Source: Candidatus Altimarinota bacterium (GTDB taxonomy: Bacteria > Patescibacteriota > Gracilibacteria > BD1-5 > UBA2023). Taken from it: 61,096 bases of DNA. This document shows, in pieces, positions 55,280-61,096 of this stretch (the first letter of the stretch is position 1; every line of letters starts with the position of its first letter). The notes beneath the pieces were generated by a model that saw only the letters and a list, made by a program, of their open reading frames with translations, did no database searches and had not been told where the DNA came from. The position numbers and the translations under genes were made by a program. The stretch is from contig JAYVJC010000006.1 in NCBI GenBank assembly GCA_043769645.1, positions 1 through 61,096 of the forward strand. Direction: 5' to 3'.

Positions 55280-55999
55280 TTATTTCTTAGAATATAAATG
55301 TCAGAGTCAGAGAGATTCAGCGAGTTCTTTCCCGCTATTTTTATCGTCTGGCGCTGGCTGTGAACTTCATCGACCGAGAGAAGCTGTTGATCCGAACATT
55401 GCAATGTTGAGATCGGCTTTTCCTGATACGATTTGTTCTTTCTGAGCGTAGAGAGTTGCCATTTCTGCAAATTCACGAGCTTCAATTGGAGCAAGGTCAC
55501 GTCATTCTGTGAGTTTCTTATACAGTCACTCGGCAGTTGTTCTCACTTCACCTGTGAGGTGAGTAAAAAACTCTGAAGCTTCTTTGTGAACACCTTCGTT
55601 GGCGAGCTCTCTTTTCAGTCGTTCTGCGAACTTCTTATATTGAGTCTCTTCGTCGAGAGGGTTCTCGTCCTTCTTGGAAGCTGGAGCAAGTTTGATTTGA
55701 TCGAGCGCTTTTTCGAGCGTGAGATTCCATCATTTCTTTGCTACATCTTTTGCGAGATCTGGGTCTTTTTCGCTTAGCTCTAAGAGATAAGCATTATCCT
55801 GTGAGACTTTTTCGACAGCGACATCAAGTGCCTTGTCATATCGAGCCTTGTAGGCGATAGCTTCTTGAGTACTTCCAGCATATTGTTGCTTGAGGCGCTC
55901 ATGGGCTGCGGCTAAGTCATCGTTTTTTTGAGACTGCGATCAGTCTTGAGGGTTGTCCGCGTTCGGAGCCTCCTTTTTTTCCTCTTGGTTGTCCAACAT
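55280..55999 (-). CDS. scaffolding-like phage protein (239 aa, helical and charged)
   Basis: ATG at 55999 with 7 TGA codons; TAA at 55280; 720 nt. The sequence is highly charged with predicted helices, and it lies between the portal and capsid genes. Confidence 0.5.
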
Positions 56000-56102
56000 A
56001 GGGGCAAGGGGTTAGTATGTAATAAGCTGTCCCATTTGGGAGGTAGCTATAAGTGAAGCGTACTTCGTGTCTTCTTACATCAAGAAAAAAAACTATTTTT
56101 CC

Positions 56103-56399
56103 TTATTTTTTGTGGTTTTTCTCCAACTCTTCGTACTTCTTGACCTGCTCTTCCATATCAGAGAGCTCATTTGCAAAGCCTTCTATTGCATTGATGAGCC
56201 AATAGGCTGGAGTTTCATTTCATTGGAAATTTCATGATCCGAGTTGTGCTCGGACTCCATCGATTTTGATTTGAAAGTACTTTTTGAGGATGTCTTTTCC
56301 CTTGATAAGAAACTCGGCTTCATCTTTGCTGATCGTGTGATCCTTTTCGATCTTGAGAGTTTTGAAGGCATCAGCGGAGAGAATATAGAATTGAGACAT
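56103..56399 (-). CDS. phage hypothetical protein (98 aa)
   Basis: ATG at 56399 with two TGA codons; TAA at 56103. It starts 3 nt after the portal stop. Confidence 0.45.
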
Positions 56400-56402
56400 A
56401 GA

Positions 56403-58358
56403 TTATTGGGTTACAGAAGTAGTATTGGTCGGAGCTTGTTCTTGTTGTGTCGGTACTCATTGCGCTGGTGGTTGTGGTGCTTGTGTAGGGGCTCATCCAG
56501 CTGGTGGCATTCCTGACATTCCACCACCCTGATCCTCACCACCCATTGCTTGAGCTTGGATATCAGCGATGAGTTGTTGTTTTGCTTGGTTCACTTCCTC
56601 TGGATCATCTCATGATGTTTGAGTATCGATGTCGAATAGTCTTGCGAGTTCTTTGATCGTTGACTTCTCTGGGATGATAGAGTCGAGATTTGGGATACTT
56701 GCATACGCATTCCCCACGGTGACGAGACGAGTGAAGAAGTCGAGCTTCTGTTCTTTCTCCACTTCATTGATCGTTGGAGCATTGAGGTTCGTAAAAATAT
56801 TCATACAGATCTTTCCACGGATGAAATCTGGCTTCACTTCGAGAAGTCCTGACTTTGGAGATTTGCTGAACTTTCCTTTCACATATTTCTCTCACTTCAG
56901 AGGAATGGTTGGATATGTCGGAGCAATATCTTCTTTCGGTTTGTTGTCGTTATCCACTTCGATGAGTTCTCGAACGAGCTTGATAGGAAAGAAGAGTTGG
57001 AGATTGTCCTTGTGGAGATTTCCCAGTCGGACGAATGCAGAGTCTCTATTGGTGAGAACTACATTCACACGTTGGAGAGAGCTTTCCTTCTGTACTGCGG
57101 TTTGATATGCAGTCTGTTGAGGATTCCCCATGATATTTCGGATGTCGATACCTGTATAGATAGCAATATCCGTGAAGATCGACTCCATGTAGTTGAAGAT
57201 GGCTTGATTCGGAGGATTTCCAGAGAGTTGGTTGAAATTCCCATTTCCTAGATTTCCCTTGAACTTGAGCATCTGGTTTCCATAGGCGAATTGGTTTCCA
57301 TCGAACTCAAGGTTTCCACCGATTGCAATGACCTGATTATTGCTTCGCTTGATAGCATCCATGAGCATCTCGCGAAGGTTGTTGAGGTCGCTCTTGAATG
57401 TCATAAGGATCTCACAGAGTCCTCGTCCATAGACAGAGAATGGATTCTTTGAGTATTGACGGATAACGAATGGGAGAGACTTCGAAGCATTGAGGATTGG
57501 ATGTTCTCGGATAATGACAGCATCATTTGCCACCTCGGCATACATATCTGCCTGACAGTCCCAGTAGTGAGTGATTTTCACATACTTTCCGCTCGATTCT
57601 CCTCGTTCTTCCTTGGTGACGAACTGGCGAGTATCTGCGTTGTAGATGTAACTTCCAACGATAGCGTCGGTGTTCTTGTAGACTTTGTTGAACTTGTAGT
57701 TTCGGAACTCTTCTTCTGGGATGTATTCGATAAAAACACAATCCACAGCATCCTCGATACTCTTGGCTTTATCATCGACGAAGAAGTTTCTGATATCCAC
57801 ATTCTCGAGGAGAATACGATTGGTGTTCTGCATCTTGCGAGTGAATGTGACATCTCCATTCTCGGAGATGGTTGGCTCATTGATGACGCGATATTTCATC
57901 TCGAATCCTGTATAGAGAACAGAAGTTCCGAAAATAGCGGTCACATATTCATTCTCGAGGACTGCGGAGTCTCGATTGTTCGTAGACCAGTCATAGTCCC
58001 ACACCTTTTCGAATGCTTCGGCTTGCTTTGAATAGTTCGAGTTTTCTTCCTCTATTTTGAATTGTGTCTTGCGCTTCACTGCCTCAGCAACGAAGAGCTC
58101 GACGATTGCCATCTCGAGAGGAACTTGAGAGCGTGATCGTCCATCCTCGTATGGAACATATATTGCGTCCCACATTTTTTGGTAGAGATCCCAGTACTTA
58201 TCGACTGCGGTTCGTTTGGCACGCATTGTCGTGAGTCGTCGTCCAATATGTCCCACGAGTTTCGATTCTCGATCATCATTTTGATGAGGATCTGTGATGA
58301 ATGGTTCGAGAACATCGAGCGTATTCTTTTTTGTATCTATAGTGATTTGTCCGTCCAT
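56403..58358 (-). CDS. portal protein, putative (651 aa)
   Basis: Track ORF 56892..58358 ends at a TGA and continues in frame through ORF 56610..56882 to TAA 56403 (1956 nt). The call rests on its size and its position directly after the large terminase. The C-terminal tail is Gln/Pro/Gly-rich. Confidence 0.65.
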
Positions 58359-58370
58359 ATTTGTATAGGG

Positions 58371-59972
58371 TTAAATATATTTGTATTCCATCTCTCAAGT
58401 GAGAGGGTTGGCTATCTGAACCTTGGTCTTTTCTTTCTCCTTCGGAACTCACCATTTTGCGAGGTAGTTCACGAGGTATTCGAATGCGGTTCGTCCGTGG
58501 GAGAATTGGTCGTGTTCGACTCTCGGATTGTCCTTTGTGATGAATTTGTCACCCATCTGGATTCCTTCGAGCTTCGAGTTCATAAGACAGTTGACGAGAT
58601 CGATAGTCTTTTCATTAAATCGACACCTGTAGAGATTTGCTTTTGTAGTTCGTATCTGTTCTTGCTTATCGAGGGTGATATCCGTGTTGAGGAATATCTT
58701 GTTGTCCTGGTAGTACTCGAAGATGGTTTTGTCAGCTCTCTCTGATGGTTTCGAGTGAGTGTCGTATGGATCTGCGATGTACTGGTGCGGTTTCTTGTAG
58801 CGAAGGTATCTCATATAGAACTCCAGTACTGCTCACTCCATAGGATTCTTGGGTTGTTTTCCGAGGAATGCAGCACACTCTTCTGGGATGATGGGGATTT
58901 CGATATAGTCGATGAAGTTCCAGTAGTGTCCTTGTACCTGCATCACGATGATGGCGTTTGGATCGACTCAAACGTGTGAGTTGTCTATTCCGATATAGAG
59001 AGGAAGACTCTCATCATATTCGAATACTTCGATCTTCCCTGTGATCTCTGGGTAGACTCGTCACTCGACCGAGGCGTTGTAGTCGATATCCAGTTCTTGT
59101 GCGATTTTCTGTGGTGGATCTTTCTTCTTCTGCGCTTCATACCATTCCTGTGTATAAAAAGGATGTTCTGACCAGTGGATTCGATGCCATCGGAATATCC
59201 CTTTCTCTGCCTTTGTCTTCATAAGGTAATATTCATTCCCCATCCCTGCTGGGGTAGAGTTGAATATTCGGCACGGTGTCGCACGAGAACAGGCAGTGTT
59301 CACGCTCGAAGCATTCGCCATACTTGCCATCTCATCAAGAAATATTGCATTATATGTTCCTCATCGTCCTGCATTCGGATTTGCTGATTCCCCTTGTATA
59401 GATCATGAACCATCTCATCTGGAGATATTCATACTCTTGTTGAACTCTGTTCCTGTATTCTTGTTGAATCATTTTGGAAGGAGCCACGGAGGAAGATTGC
59501 GCATCATGAATCGGAGCTTCTCGAAGTGTGATCGCATATCTCCAGCCTTGTCTACGTCAGACTCTTTCTGAGAGAGTGTGAGATACTTGTGATTGTGAAA
59601 GAGGTATCCATAAAGAAATACACCAAGTATGAGCCATGTGAGACCCATTTGACGTGATTTTTCGATGAATACATCGGTCGGGATAGGAACACCTTCTTCA
59701 TTGAATCGTGAAGTGATTGGAAGTGCTCCTGTTTGAATTGCATCCCAAAGATCAACAATAAATCCCCTTTGAAAATCAAAGAGAATGAAAGGAACTTCGT
59801 TCGGATATTCTGAACCATAAAAACCACCGTTTCGATCGGTGAAAAGAAAGTAATCAAAGAAAAATGTGATATCTCGTCGACACTGCTCGTAAACATAAGC
59901 GCGAAAGGTGGAATCTTTGCACTTATCCAGGAGTTTTGCTCTCGCTTCTATGTTCTGTCGATACGTTTGCAT
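58371..59972 (-). CDS. terminase large subunit
   Basis: 533 aa with 9 in-frame TGA codons joining track ORFs 59469.., 59061.. and 58449.., with all junctions translated. Contains ...GESANPNAGR-G(TGA)-GTYNAIFLDEMA... (ATPase Walker-B-like) and a C-terminal nuclease-like half. Confidence 0.8.
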
Positions 59973-60020
59973 AGTTTTATGCTATTTCATATCTTCTTAC
60001 ATCAAGTTTTTGGACTTATT

Positions 60021-60064
60021 TAGAACTTTTCTTGGATAAAAATAGAACTTTTCTTGGATAAAAT
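60021..60064. repeat. 22-bp tandem direct repeat x2
   Basis: tagaacttttcttggataaaaa / tagaacttttcttggataaaat. Confidence 0.85.
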
Positions 60065-60152
60065 GAGAATATTTGGGAAAGTTCGTGTATGTGACGTGTA
60101 GGTATACCAATTTCTATATAAATGTATCCCAATAGGATATATACACGAACTG

Positions 60153-60184
60153 GTGAGAATTAAGTGAGAATTAAGTGAGAATAG
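60153..60184. repeat. 11-bp tandem repeat x3 (gtgagaattaa)
   Basis: gtgagaattaa gtgagaattaa gtgagaatag. It is flanked by copies of the 10-mer ATACACGAAC at 60141..60150 and 60218..60227, plus an inverted copy at 60081..60090. Confidence 0.85.
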
Positions 60185-60359
60185 TTCGCGTGCCTTCTGG
60201 TTATATCAATATGGCACATACACGAACTCGATGTTTATAAATGTTGAGAGAAAGTTTATCAACTATTTATAAACTTTTTATTTGGCTTTGTAATACCGAG
60301 AGTTAAAGGAAATTAAAAAAAGTCTTGACTTGCTCTTGTTGTAAGAAGACAACAATTAT

Positions 60360-60487
60360 AGTAGAAAGTACATCCGCCAGTTGTGGCTTCTTCTCTTTGC
60401 TTGGTGATACTTATAGAGAGAAGGTCACAACATAAAGGCAGAGTATAAATCCCCCCTAAGTATCACTCCGCAAGGATAGGGGGGATT
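60360..60487 (+). ncRNA. candidate small phage transcript (promoter-like element to strong terminator)
   Basis: TTGACT (60325) and TTGTTGTAAGAAGA (60336..60349) with TATAGT (60356) lie upstream. There is no ORF, and it ends in a perfect 10-bp hairpin. Purely structural inference. Confidence 0.25.
60449..60487 (+). terminator. strong hairpin / terminator
   Basis: atccccccta-agtatcactccgcaagga-taggggggat followed by ttt. Confidence 0.6.
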
Positions 60488-60868
60488 TTATAATTCGAAC
60501 TCTCACGAGATATGCTATAAGGACTGCACGATCTGACTTATAGAACAACATCTAGCCACCGAATACAAATAATGCTAGCCCCCACCTGCCGACCGCTCCT
60601 CCTGAAAAGGAATGTAAAGTCAACTCTCAACCGCCACCAACTTTATTAAGATTGGGAAGGAGTCGTATAAATTACGAAATGGTACTAGTAACAAACAAAT
60701 AGTTTGCGAAGAAAGCTATCGAGCATATCTCTGGAGGGGATGATAGGGGAGGTGTATCTAGACATCCCCCGGCTCGGTTAGCCTCCTTTCTTAGGAATAT
60801 ATTTATAACCGAAATAAGATGAAAATTATATCACAACGATATGTAAAAACTTAAATTCTTCTAAAGCT

Positions 60869-61093
60869 ATGAAAAAACCAAAGAAAATCTTTATGATAAA
60901 TCGTGATCGAGCGTTAGAAATAATGTGGTATATGGATGCTTTATATGATGAATATAAGAAATTGAGCTATGAAATGTTAAGTGATAAAGTATCATATGCA
61001 GAATGGCAGATCACAAATATGTACTTTCTAGCAGGATATAGAGCTAATAAAGTAATTGAAAAACTCAAAGAAAGTAAAAATACTCTATTTTAA
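60869..61093 (+). CDS. phage hypothetical protein (74 aa)
   Basis: Intact track ORF on the opposite strand to the structural module, after about 0.9 kb of non-coding DNA. Confidence 0.45.
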   Translation: MKKPKKIFMINRDRALEIMWYMDALYDEYKKLSYEMLSDKVSYAEWQITNMYFLAGYRANKVIEKLKESKNTLF

Positions 61094-61096
61094 AAA

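Larger units (their letters stand above)
48723..61096. mobile_element. phage / prophage region (structural and lysis module; runs off the right edge)
   Basis: About 18 tightly packed minus-strand genes, including large terminase, portal, scaffold-like, major capsid, fibre-like, glycine-rich protein, holin-like and amidase. Stops and starts overlap. No integrase or att site is visible in the window, and the left boundary is approximate. Confidence 0.75.

Noticed and set aside
60021-60184. Tandem repeats considered as a possible CRISPR array.
   Set aside because: There are only 2-3 units of 11-22 bp with no spacers of regular length, and no cas genes nearby. They look like regulatory or packaging repeats.
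1-61096. Interpretation of the fragmented ORFs as a heavily pseudogenised or frameshift-ridden (poorly assembled) genome.
   Set aside because: Fragments of each gene are always in the same frame and are separated only by TGA. The TGA positions coincide with conserved glycines. True TAA or TAG stops occur exactly where the proteins should end.
1-61096. TGA = tryptophan (table 4, Mollicutes-like), suggested by the low GC content.
   Set aside because: The TGA sites align to invariant Gly, not Trp. Examples are the HIGH-motif region of GltX, LPIGGF of RseP, the prepilin -1 Gly, the rubredoxin Gly residues and the glycine-rich phage protein. Trp positions such as WWSD and WYNRAG use TGG.
1-61096. 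Search for tRNA (including a suppressor-like tRNA-Gly UCA in the phage), rRNA, tmRNA, RNase P and SRP RNA genes.
   Set aside because: I found no cloverleaf-compatible sequence with a T-loop (GTTCGAATC-like) and none of the conserved core motifs by eye. A proper tRNAscan or Infernal run is still needed.

Overview
This 61.1-kb window is low-GC bacterial DNA that only reads coherently if TGA encodes glycine (translation table 25). That points to a candidate-phyla-radiation bacterium of the Gracilibacteria (BD1-5) or Absconditabacteria (SR1) type. In the standard-code ORF track almost every recognisable gene is split into pieces. The breaks are always in-frame TGA codons, and they fall at invariant glycines of well-known families: RseP, GltX, DnaB, rubredoxin, and the prepilin cleavage site. 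After re-joining by hand, about 48.3 kb is a chromosomal origin-proximal segment. It carries rseP, prsW-like, tsaE, a type IV pilus/pseudopilin cluster (pilC plus four prepilins), dnaB, rplS, four tandem Cys-rich paralogs, dnaA, rsmI, trhO, a histidine kinase, gltX, mltG, ppk2, a ferric-reductase-TM/rubredoxin/FNR fusion, a lexA-dinB operon and many lineage-specific hypothetical genes. From about 48.7 kb to the window end is a phage or prophage structural and lysis module, all on the minus strand: large terminase, portal, scaffold-like, major capsid, fibre-like, a glycine-rich protein and an amidase endolysin. This module also uses TGA as a sense codon. Two long genes are invisible to standard ORF calling: a 933-aa protein with 41 TGA codons (26519..29320) and a 266-aa glycine-rich phage protein with 40 TGA codons (50549..51349). 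I found no rRNA genes, tRNA genes or CRISPR arrays. All translations and coordinates were worked out by eye, so start codons in particular are provisional.
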